Assembly: GCF_001949145.1 (NCBI RefSeq)
Contig: NW_019091360.1
Location: 499,674 to 552,680 of the forward strand
Direction of reading: 5' to 3'
DNA length: 53,007 nucleotides
Source: Acanthaster planci
Lineage: Eukaryota
Below the pieces are notes generated by a model. The model saw nothing but the letters and a program-made list of their open reading frames with translations, ran no database searches and had not been told where the DNA came from. The translations under genes and the position numbers were made by a program. This document shows positions 27,428-38,599 of the stretch, piece after piece (position 1 is the first letter of the stretch; each line of letters opens with the position of its first letter).

Positions 27428-28859
27428 NNNNNNNNNNNNNNNNNNNNNNNNNNNNNNNNNNNNNNNNNNNNNNNNNNNNNNNNNNNNNNNNNNNNNNNNN
27501 NNNNNNNNNNNNNNNNNNNNNNNNNNNNNNNNNNNNNNNNNNNNNNNNNNNNNNNNNNNNNNNNNNNNNNNNNNNNNNNNNNNNNNNNNNNNNNNNNNNN
27601 NNNNNNNNNNNNNNNNNNNNNNNNNNNNNNNNNNNNNNNNNNNNNNNNNNNNNNNNNNNNNNNNNNNNNNNNNNNNNNNNNNNNNNNNNNNNNNNNNNNN
27701 NNNNNNNNNNNNNNNNNNNNNNNNNATGGCAGAAATGAAGGATGAAATGTAGTCAAAGATTTGTGTTTGGCATAGTGAATGACGGTAATTGTGGTGCATA
27801 TCTCACAGACTCGAAAACGAAGCATCTGCAAAGAAACACTTGCAGCAGGCCCGCAACCACATGTCCGTGCACCAACAGAGAGCGGTCAATGCACGCTTGA
27901 CTATTAGAAATATGCATGAACACCAATCTCCACCCAGACCGATGCCATTGCCGATCTCGCCAGCTTCTCTCTCTTATAAATGCTTTAGGTTTAGTTGTCA
28001 AACCCTGTTTGACTTTAAATAACTTTGGATTGCTGATTTTATGGCAGATTACACTGCCAAGGTTTGTGCAATTTGGGGAATTTTCCAAAAGCTGGCACCA
28101 TGGGAATTTCAAATGCTTCAACAATTACTTGCATTTCAAGTTTTTCATGGTAAAGGAAGAATTAATGTCAGGCAAAGGGCTGCATTGTTTAGGTTTTTTC
28201 AGTTCTGAGCAAATTTTTGTAATATGTGACAAAGTAGGCCTACTTTTTCCACCCCAGTTTGCTTCGATTCTAGAAGATTAAACGGCGACAGTGGTCCAGC
28301 GGAAGATTTTTTTGGAAGACATAAACACTCTAAGGAACGAGTTTCTAGTTTGTGTCAATCCTTCAGATATTGCAGTTGAGTTTCCAATAAGAAATACAGG
28401 GTACTCAGCAAAAAAAAATTTCATTGCGAGGAATTTGGCGTCAGGGAAAAACTCCAATGTAGTTTTCATCATGCACAATGTAGCACCCAAATACTCAGCA
28501 TGTTAAGGAGTCACAATTGGCAGGAAGCCAACATGGGCCATCGGTGTGCTGAAGACGAATGGGTCGGATTACTGCACGCCGTGCACGGCACCGCTATGAT
28601 TCTGCAACGCATGTGGGCAATGTCTCGTCATGGACTTCAATTTTTGGTAATGAAAATAAAGCCGTGCGGTTTAGGTTCCTTTATTTGGTATAAAACCACC
28701 CATTTCTTCACAACTCAATGGATTGTTTTTAAACGGCAGTCTTTTGGAATCACTGGATTGTTCCCGGAATCAGATTTCAAGGTAATGGAATCGGCAGTGG
28801 TGTGGATTTGATTCCTCAAAAAAGTGGAATCGCACCTCAGAATCCCAATTTAGAATCGA

Positions 28860-29221
28860 TTCTACCCGATTCCAGCATGGATTTGCCCAAGCCTGGTGCA
28901 CTGCTGACGTCTTTTCAATAGGGGCCAGATTAGCATGCAGCGGTCTCTGTGGCTCATCGCTGTAGCGGTGGAGCACTTTTGTCCCTGGTGGTAATCCGCT
29001 CGCACTGAATGCCACAAACAGAGGTATACTGTTTAAAGAAAAAAGCTGGATTATCTCCGCTATTGACGGTGAAATTTTTTGGTAATTTCCGGCAGCCTGG
29101 TCTTTTGTTACGAGTATACAGTCTTTTGTTACAAGGCTCAGTACACTTTGTTCCATTTCGGAGACCCAAGCTGTGCATATAAGAATACGAGTCCAAAACT
29201 GGGCTCCATGGCAGCATGTGG
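28860..29221 (-). mobile_element. MITE family A, copy 3 (partial, inverted)
   Basis: Reverse-complement similarity to copy 1; ends GTGG|TTAA. Confidence 0.75.
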
Positions 29222-29412
29222 TTAAAGGGCCAATACACATGCAGCTTCAGTGTCGTCGTTTTTATTTTTCATCTTCAATACATGCACATGTACCTCATAT
29301 TTCATTCACTGGTGTATTCACTCAAAAATTAGTTCATTTTTCCACATATGCATGTTATTTCTGTAATTCATGTTTTCAAATATGAAATTAATCATAAGTT
29401 CCATTAACCCAC

Positions 29413-29538
29413 CTGTTGAGAGTGCTGGAAAATCTCCTGATCAACTTGCACTACAGCAAAGGGCCTTGAAGGTGATGAACCACTAACTAGCTGAAACTGC
29501 TTCAACCAATAGCGTGCTTCTTTGGGATTTGTACCAAC
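29413..29538 (-). CDS. NAGS: N-acetylglutamate synthase, coding exon 2 (VGTNPKEARYWLKQFQLVSGSSPSRPFAVVQVDQEIFQHSQQ)
   Basis: Matches human CGASPGEARHWLTQFQ...KPFAVIEVDEEV. Acceptor ataag|, donor CAG|gtgggt. 126 nt, phase 0-0. Not in the ORF track. Confidence 0.93.
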
Positions 29539-30083
29539 CTTATAGTACATGTAAAGTTAATCACAAAAATGTACAATATGAGGAAAGTTTTTCAGACATA
29601 ATTTTCTTCCACCAAAAAAGATAAATTGGAAAACAGGAAAATATGTAGTCTGTTTTTGCACTTCATTGGACAGATTTGTTATGGCACCAATGTTGCAACC
29701 TTCATCACTAACTGAGGGTGGGAAATGACGTTTAATTTGAAAAATGTTTAGAAAACTTCCCATACCGTTTGAACGTGTATACGTCCCACCCTTATCACAG
29801 TGTCATGGAAAACTTTAAACACAACAAATTGTATACAATGTAAATAGTTGACACAAAGTTCCGGTGATTAATTCATGGTATTCCTTTGATATGACCGATT
29901 GATCAATTAAAACGTCACACCTCTAAAGGGGCAGTTCCGCTTGGTAAAATCTGTAAAGGATTTGGGACTTTTTTGTTTAAACGTGTAAATGTCCCACCCT
30001 TATCACTGATTCACATCATTTCCTTTTTCTTTTTAAGTGCCCACATATATTCTGAAGAGCACTTTTGCTCTTATCTTTCTCAC

Positions 30084-30290
30084 CTCTTCAAGAAATCTTT
30101 TCAAATCTCGATTTCTTCCTCCGTTGCTTGAGTGTAAATTACCAAATGCTGGTGCCACTGAATGACTGTTAGTCCACTGCCGCATCTGACGAAGTTGGCC
30201 TAGGTACTGCATGCATTGAGTTCCAACATCCTTAACATGGCTGAGACTAGCAACAGATGCCCGTACTGCGCTTGTACCATAGTGAGCCAT
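30084..30290 (-). CDS. NAGS: N-acetylglutamate synthase, first coding exon (putative mitochondrial transit peptide ...RNRDLKRFLEE)
   Basis: agaATGG start with an in-frame stop just upstream. RDLKRFLEE matches human RDIQAFLNQ. Donor GAG|gtgaga. A candidate acceptor ttcag| at 30305 suggests an upstream non-coding exon. Confidence 0.85.
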
Positions 30291-30977
30291 TCTTTAATTC
30301 CTTCCTGAATTGTAGCTTTGACATGAAAAGAATTTTGCCCTCTATAAACTACAGCATATGGGTGTAGTTCAGAGAAGGTCAGACCAATATGCATGTACAG
30401 TGTATACATAAAGCCATATCTGAGCCTTGTCTAGACAGGCTGCATCAGTAGGGTTAGATATCAGTAGTGCTTCTTCAGCAAGGGAAGATTCTCTACAATC
30501 CAGACATGTTTGCACACACTCTGTGGAGAAAGAAATGTAGCTGAATCAGTTTGAAAGGATTCATCATTTGGACGTCCTTTCCAATAAATATTGCTTTCAA
30601 CAATACTTTAATCCCAACCTTATCAAGTTTTACTGGGATTGTGTAACTGTTTTCTTCTCTGGTCATATATTACGGTGATTCAAAATTTGACAATTCTAAA
30701 GTCAAACATGCCGCACTCCAGTGCATTTACAGTTTACAAACTGTAACAAAGGGCACAAAATTTTCCAACAACTTGTACATGTCCATGATGATAACTCTGT
30801 AACCCAGGGTGAAAGGTCCCAGACGTTTGACTTTAAAAACATTTGTACAGTGGTCCAGGGAACTTATAATTTTTATTGCCAGGGATAATCAGATGATTTT
30901 AAAATTTCACGGTAGTTTATTAGAGTTGACTGAAATATGAGTTAACCTGGGTGCAAGTTTTACCCCAAATTGTTAAA

Positions 30978-31377
30978 ACCCTAACCCTCCCAAATCCTCC
31001 AAAATCCTTTTCCGCAAAGTGGAGGAATTTGGAGGATTCAGGATGTATGGCAAAAGTGCATGGCTGATTTCAAAGGATACCATACGTGAAGGTCATGGAT
31101 TCGACCTTTTGTTGTTGGTGCTTAGTCAAGCACAAATTCAGCCCAATATTTCTTTTGAATCAACCGCACAGCTGAAGAATGTCATTCACACTGCCTCAAC
31201 ATAATGACAGGAATTGCCGGAGGATTTTGAAGGATTCAGGCAGTTAGGCACACCTCCAAATGACATTTTGAAGATTTTTTCGAGGATTTGGGCTGAATGC
31301 AATTTTTTCATATTGAGAATTGGAGGATTTCAGAGGATTCAGGATGGTTCCTGGTAAAAAGGCCGAGGGGGTTAAGG
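30978..31377 (+). mobile_element. MITE family B, copy 1 (CCCTAACCCTCC...GAGGGGGTTAAGG)
   Basis: ~400 bp, collinear with 40917-41323; internal GGAGGATT/AATCCTCC repeats. Confidence 0.8.
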
Positions 31378-31413
31378 AAGACTGTGCTCAATTTGTTGTG
31401 TTCCTTACTTTAA

Positions 31414-32004
31414 CTACTTGCTGCCAGGTGGATTTTTCTTAAACAAGACAAGATGCCAGCTCATTTTCAAGATTTTTCGTTTTCAAAATTCTTCAAAAAT
31501 TCATCATTTCATTTAATGGCCGTTTATACCAAAATGAAGGACTCTTTGGGCACTATTCTAAAGTTGACAGGTAAAATTCAGTGACTCCTGAATATTTCAG
31601 TCAGGCCTGCAGCCTTGGAAAAAGAGCCCAGATTGTGCGGTGTTACATAAGATTCTTTTGTTCCCGAAACCAGCACAGTGCGCTGCTGACCTCTTTTCAA
31701 CAGGGGCCAGATTAGCATGCAGCAGTCATGTGTGGCTCATCGCTGTGGTGGTGGAGAGCTTTTGTCCCCAATGGTAATCTGCTCGCTCTAAACGCCTAAA
31801 ACAATGGTATACTGTTTCAAAACAAGGCTGAATTATCTCCAATATTGAGAGCGAAAAAAATGTCGGTAATGACCAGCAGCTCAGTCTTTTGTGCTGAGCA
31901 TGGTCTTTTGTTTTAAGGCCCAACTCTTTTGTCCCAGTTCCAGGCTCCCCAGCTCTGCATATAAAGCCTATGTACTTGAAAACTGGTCGCCCAGCAGGGA
32001 GTGC
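31414..32004 (-). mobile_element. MITE family A, copy 4 (full length, ~590 bp)
   Basis: Flanked by TTAA on both sides; both ends align with the reverse complement of copy 1. Confidence 0.8.
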
Positions 32005-32689
32005 TTAAGCACCTGTTCCTGTAATAAGGAAATAAAGTTCACTTATATAAAATAACTGACACTTTGACCTTAAGCTTTCATTCCTTTATCCCCTACTCAT
32101 ACATGTACCTGCCAACCTGTCGTACTCCTTCCTGAGGTCGGGCATCACTACATAATAGATTAGAATTTAAAATGAACTACGGGCTCATTTAAATACCTTT
32201 TAATCTATTGTGTGCTAATGTCTGACCTCAGGAAGGAGTGCAATTGGTTGGCAGTTTAGGTAAGTTTTAACATTTAAGTAAAAAACACAAATTTCTATCC
32301 TGTGTTTTCAATCATGCCATTTTGTTTCAAATCAGCTGACTACTTCCACATAAGTAGACATGTCTACAAGTACAACTCAAATTGACACAGTTTTAGCTGT
32401 TTCAATTGTTCCAATTTACTCTGCCATCACAAATATGTGAGCAATAAAATTTCATATCCCTTCTTGGTGAGGTTGTATACTAGAGAGAGGTATTTACCTT
32501 ATATCTCATAAAGATGGTGAAATTCATGAGTATTTTGCCCAACCACACCCTGGAAAATTGGCAGCATGTACTCTCAGTTGCTGTCAGTGGCATGATTGTT
32601 GGACCAATCGCAACAAGGCTGTTTCTGTTTTTTTTTGTTTTCCCATCACCCACAAATAAAAGCCATACTATGATTGGTCACTGGTGTAT

Positions 32690-32945
32690 CTAACCTCAGT
32701 CTTTCAAAATCCTCCTGCAATTTCTGTCATGTTGAGACAGCTCAAATGGTATCCTGGAGCAGTGTGGAAGATCTCACATATAATGCAGGCATGCATTTAC
32801 GCATGGCTAAGCATAAACAATACAGGGTCTAGCCTACAACTGTGATATGCTGCATCCTTCATCCTCCACCATTTTTTGCTGTAACTACTCAATCCTCGAA
32901 AACCATCCAAATGACTTTACAGGACTGAGGAGGCTTAGGGTTAAG
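32690..32945 (-). mobile_element. MITE family B, decayed inverted copy
   Basis: AATCCTCCTGCAATTTCTGTCATGTTGAG..GCTAAGCATAAACAA..GGAGGCTTAGGGTTAA matches the reverse complement of copies 1 and 2. Confidence 0.55.
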
Positions 32946-33933
32946 GAAACACATTACATCCGCTAATTCGTCCCATGCACAATGTACATCACTATGTACA
33001 TTGCCGTTTTAGTTTTACCCCATAATTTCCCCGAAAAATCAAAGCCCTGCACACTTTTCACAAACACAATCTTTTTTATATGAAAGGGAACATCACTGCC
33101 AACTAATCTAAGTGGGTTGTTCCATCAGGGCATGGAAGAAGGAATAGAGTCAGAGCAGACTCAGACAAGTGCCAAAAGTAAGGCATAATTTATGCCTTAT
33201 ATTACCAGATGCTATTGGTTTTTTAATTGTGGACTATATTTTATGGCATTGAAGTTGTTCACAAAGATTTAATATGCAAGTATCTAACTGAATGAATTTG
33301 AAGAATTTCAAGGAAGAGATTCAGCAACAATGCAGAGGAAAGTCAAGGGAAACGTCAAAGGTCGCTGGAAACAGGCCCTGTGATTTCCAATACACATTTA
33401 TACGTTAAAGCAAAGCTACCATAGGCTGTACTGCTCCAACTGTGTCATGATAGGCCTAGTTCAAGTTGTTGCCCAAAATACTTAGCATCGACTGTCACTG
33501 ACAATGACTGATGAATTCACAGTTCCCTAACAACAGCAACACCATCTTTATTAACAGGCGGTGCGGGTGCATTCGCATTATCATTGCAGTGAGTGGAAAC
33601 ACACTCACTGTTCTTGACTTTGTACAGGGTTGAACTCGCGCATTATTGCGGAACTTAACGTTACGCGCTTGTATGCAGAGGAACTCTTGTAAAAGCCTGT
33701 TAAAAACAAACGTAAAACGCATATATAATTGTACCGTACCGTAATACAGATCAGACTGACATACTATGCTGCACTATGAGTATGAGTACAAACAGCGATA
33801 GGCAGATTTTGATAAGATAAGAATCTGGAAAAGAGCCGGCCTTGGGCCTAGTCTACATACTTGTTTTCATTCAGAGATGCAGGCCGCCGGGGATACAACA
33901 CTTATGACACACACCGCGCGAAACGACTTTACA

Positions 33934-34246
33934 GTCACTTCGCCCCATTTCCACTTCGCCCCATTTCCACTTCGCCCCATTTCCACTTCGCCCCATTTCC
34001 ACTTCGCCCCATTTCCACTTCGCCCCATTTCCACTTCGCCCCATTTCCACNNNNNNNNNNNNNNNNNNNNNNNNNNNNNNNNNNNNNNNNNNNNNNNNNN
34101 NNNNNNNNNNNNNNNNNNNNNNNNNNNNNNNNNNNNNNNNNNNNNNNNNCATTTCCACTTCGCCCCATTTCCACTTCGCCCCATTTCCACTTCGCCCCAT
34201 TTCCACTTCGCCCCATTTCCACTTCGCCCCATTTCCACTTCGCCCC
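33934..34246. repeat. 16-bp tandem array (CACTTCGCCCCATTTC)n with internal gap; left arm of a Foldback-like element
   Basis: Perfect units on both sides of the gap. Inverted units at 37056-37101 share the terminal GTCACTTCGCCCC. Confidence 0.9.
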
Positions 34247-34368
34247 GTCCGTGCTCGAGTGTGTTACAAGCCTCTTGATAAAATGGTCGAGAAACGACAT
34301 CATGATGGAGTTATACATGTATAAAGAGAACTTTACGGCATTAACTTAGTTAATGTCGACTGTGTTGT

Positions 34369-34800
34369 TCACGGTGAATTAAACAAAGAATCAATTTTAC
34401 ACAGTTTTCCATAAACTGTCATATAGGAATCATCCAGCAGTTTCTTAACCCAGGCCATTTTTTGAGCTTGACAGAAAATGAAAGGATCTATGATGCGAAA
34501 ACCCCCCAAAGAGTAATCTGTGTACATAATTTTCCATTTCACTCTACCAGTTCCATTTTTCCAGATGAATTTAAAAATATTTCTCAATTGTTTAAAGAAT
34601 GAGGTAGGTATTTTGATACAAAGAGCACAGAAGAGATAAAGCAACTGTGGCAAAAGGAGAGATTTTATGACACAAATTTTCCCAATTAAGGACAGATATC
34701 TAAATCTCCAACTGTTAAGAGTCTGCTCAATGCTTTTTAACTTCATTTTATATTTTATAGAGAAATTAATACCCAGAGTTCTAAGTTGGGTTAACTTCCA
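34369..34800 (-). mobile_element. L1/Tx1-clade LINE ORF2 fragment (post-RT region), inverted
   Basis: LRTLGINF...LNSWRFRYLSLIGKICVIKSLLLPQLLY...KFIWKNG...DYSLGGF...AWVKKLL. Confidence 0.85.
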
Positions 34801-35584
34801 CACCAAACCAATAGTTGTGTTTCACTGTTGCTGTGGTAAAAACACGTGCTCAAAGCGCTGGTTCCTGCCCATGCAAGAGAATGCGTAATGGAGTCTAGCA
34901 ACCAGTCTATTCATGCCGCGGCGATCAACCGTACAGTACATACGTGAACTCACGCATCGAAAAAAAAAAAATCGACGTTGCGAGATTTCTTAAAGTTAAT
35001 TCACAGAATTTGGTATATATTGTCTAGGTGTGTATTTTCTGTGTTCATGAGTTTAATTTTAGGTTGTTTTGCTCGTACTTGATGCGAGCATGTTTTTTTA
35101 CAAAATTTTCTGCCGCGGCGCTCGAGGTTTATCCGATCGCTGGGGCACAGCTGTCTTGATACATCGATAATTACCAGAACTTGTGCTCTTGTACTTGAAC
35201 TTGTGCGCTTGTGCCTTGTGAGGTACCTGAACAATGGAAGGTACCCCACAAGGCCAGTTTTGATCCTTGTGGGGTACTAAAGTGGTACCCCACAAAAATT
35301 TCACGAAATAGATATTTCAAAGTTAATCAAGAAGAATTTTTAAGTGCCATTCATCTGTCGCAAATTGAAGTGTTTTATATAAGGGACATACGGTCGAAAT
35401 TTCAATCCAGGAAACTGAATTTGCTTGAAACGGCAGTGATTTGAATTTTTTTCCGAGTTGTGTGGGAGTTTTGTACACGAGAACAAAGGAAATACCCCAC
35501 AAGTATACATAGTAAGGCTGTGTGTACAGAACTGCGTATCGCTTTGAAATAACCCTATGTTAGTTCAACTATTATGTATTAACT

Positions 35585-36610
35585 TTCACCCTAATATAGA
35601 CATTTTGTGGAAATCTAATCCTCCTGAGAATCTTTTGGGTAAAATAAAAACACTCAAGTTGCGGAATCTATTAGGACATGGGCCTTCTTCAGGGAAAAGG
35701 CTATTATTGATATGGGCTTCGAATTAACTGATTTCTCCTTTTTGGAAATTCTGTGATTTAGTAGACATTTTCGCTCTAAATCAAAGCTATACCTTTATTT
35801 TCCAGAGTGGTACCAAAAAGGTACAATTTGTGTTAAGGACTTGTTAAATGAACCTAAACCTAATCTTCTTTTATTTGAAGAGCTCATAATTTAGTATGAT
35901 ATTTCCTTTAAAGAAAGAAGGAAGTATAACACTTTGCTCAATTGTATTCCTCGTTATTGGTTTTTTGATAAGCAACTGAAGGGTGATGATTTAGTGACTG
36001 TGTTAAAATATAACCTTTTCATGTCGAAGAAAGTGTCTAAGCATACTTACAATATAATGACTGATAAACCCACCCCAGAAAAATAAAAGAATTTTTGGAA
36101 TTGTACTTTAAATACAAACTTGGAAGATGAACATTTTGAGGTGATTCATACACGTAATTTTAAATGTTGAAACCAGATTAGGAGCTTTTTATTTTAAGAT
36201 GTTTCATGGGGCTATTGCCTTCAATAACTTTCTTTTTAAAATTGGAAGAAAGGTTTTTGTGATAGATGTCCTGAAACTTTGATTTATATTTTTTATGAGT
36301 GTGATCAAGTTTCACCCATCTTGTCAGACCTCGATCGTGTCTTTTATCAACCAAAATCTATCTCAAAGACCCAATAGTTTGGGAAATTTGAATTCTTTTT
36401 TGGAGTTCCCAATAACAAATTTTTGACTTATGTTTTTCTTAGTACTAAATTTGATTTATATAGGTGTAAATTCCAGATCCAAATGCCTTCCTTTTTGGAG
36501 TTAAGTCTATTTTTACAAAATCAGTATCACATAGAATATAAGATTGCTATTAAAAATCAAACCCTTAGTTTTCATTATAAAAAATGGAAATTTCAATTTT
36601 AATTCTGTAA
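35585..36610 (+). mobile_element. L1/Tx1-clade LINE ORF2 3' part including zinc-finger remnant
   Basis: FHPNIDILWKSNPP, frameshifted WYQKG.ICVKDLL, RSFYFKMFHGAIAFNNFLFKIGRK, CPETLIYIFYECDQV, LYRCKFQ. T-rich strand bias. Confidence 0.8.
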
Positions 36611-37055
36611 ACCCTATGCAATTATTTCAAATGGACATGTACAGTGACCATCTTCCTACATCTCTTCGTAGCCCCCACTTTTTTCTGAAGTTTTTCATTT
36701 ATACTTTCCATTTATCTCCTGTATGTTTTTTCAATCTCCTTAATTGTGTATAATTCGTGCTTTTTCTTTCTTATGTATCTTTTGCGTTTTTATGATCAAT
36801 AAAACATAGAAAGAGAGAAAAAACAGTGAAACACAACTCGTGAAATTAGCAGAAGTTGCTTTTCAAATGTTGCAAATGTAACTGGGAAAACATGCCGGGT
36901 GTCGCCGAAAATAAGGGTTGGTCGGGAAATCGAAAGCATTGTTTTGGCAAGTTGAATTCTCCGACCGCTATTTGGGTACTCAAACGTCGACGTTTTTACT
37001 TCTTGCATCTAGTAGGCCGAAGCCTCTGTACAAGAACAAAATTTACGACAATCAG

Positions 37056-37102
37056 TGGGCGAAGTGGGAATGGGGCGAAGTGGGAAATGGGGCGAAGTGA
37101 CC
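37056..37102. repeat. Inverted copy of the 16-bp unit (right arm)
   Basis: GGGCGAAGTGGGAATGGGGCGAAGTGGGAAATGGGGCGAAGTGACC. Confidence 0.85.
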
Positions 37103-38599
37103 GACAGCCGCGAAATGAAGGCTCGCGTATACAGGTACGGTGGATCAGACCATGATAAGACATATTAGTACCAAGTCGATAATGGATTCAGTTGTGTTCC
37201 TAGACCACATAATGTGGTCTAACTGGCGGACTCTCTTCAGAAGGCTGTTTCCAACAAGGCCCTTGGTACTTTACATATTACTTTGTTATGGTAATGAAAA
37301 ACAAAGACTTGATACCTAGTTTTTTCCTTGTTATAAACGTGTCTTTATATTGTCAGCCCTAAGTTATGGTTCGACTGTACTCGACTTCATTTCTGAAATA
37401 CCCGACTTGAGTTTGTTCCAAAGTAAGTCCAAAAGTGCCTCAAGAACATTAAACAAGATGCAAAAGAGCAACAAAAAAATTATAGGACGTGTATTTCACT
37501 TCAATTTGGACGCTTTATTGTATCTTGGAGACAAAGTCTGAGCATTTTCCTACCTCCATGGTCTGAGACGGCGGAGGTGAAAAGGGGTCAAATAACTCGA
37601 CCGTTGAGACAATTTGACCGCCCGTGCGTACAAAAGAGAGAAAATTCGACCTGTGAGACGTACGAGTCGTCTGTTGAGACACTTTGTCCGCTCAGCCCAG
37701 TCGTCCTAAAACGACGGTGTGAAAAACCATGCCTTAATAATGGAAAGGAATTTCACGTGGTAGATGGACAAGCCTAATTTCTGAGGTAAAATGGTAAGTC
37801 AATCTTTGCGCAATCAATCAAACTTGCACCCACGCTGACCAGCCATCATGTATTACAGTCGTTTTCCTAGTTCAGATTCTTCCTAGTTCCGAATCACTTA
37901 AAATAAAAACCTACAACCTTTGTATTATTCTTCAGTTCTACATTCTCAGACAGGCTCTATTTAAAAGGTGAAATGTAAACTTCTTGTTGAACAAAACTTG
38001 TTCTTGGAAAAGTTCTAGAAAAGAAATTTTGGCCAGATTTCTGATTCGCACTTTGACGTGACATTTTTCTCAAGAATTATGGTAGCGGAAATCGACAAAC
38101 AGTTACAGGCGAGATGTTACTCACTACGGGTCCAAAATACCTTTTTCTCATACTCAACAATAATATAAACTTTTACATCTAATGTCTGTTCAAATGACTT
38201 TCAAAGTTTCTGTTTTATTAAAACTGGCCAAAAACTGAACGCCTATATTGTTTCCTAGTTCATAGCTGAGCTGAGCGCATAGTTCACTGGTCTTCGTCCC
38301 TCACGTTAGGGACACGTATAGCTGGCCGTGTTTTAATTAACGTGTGCGATTTTTTATTAGCCCTGTCAGTTTGAGTGCTAAATAGTTAACTTTTTGTGTA
38401 ATGTTCTGACATGAATTAAGTTTCAGCTGGTAGGCGAATGAAACACAAGTAAATATCCCTGCTAAGCCTCTGTTAATCGCAGTGTAGTAACTTACAGTGC
38501 AATAAATCATTTCACGGCAATGTATTTCAAATCAGTAGTTCCTGTGTTAAATCCTAAATAAAAAGAAATTTTGATGAAGTTATTTTCTGTAACAAAGAA

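Noticed and set aside
30420..30700. Possible extra NAGS exon or SWIM-like (VCKHVW) remnant
   Set aside because: It contains stops, lacks a convincing splice pair and has no NAGS similarity.
33861..34349. Repetitive ORFs on both strands (FPLRPISTSPHFHFAP / EMGRSGNGAKWKWGEV)
   Set aside because: An artefact of a stop-free 16-bp tandem repeat plus an N gap.
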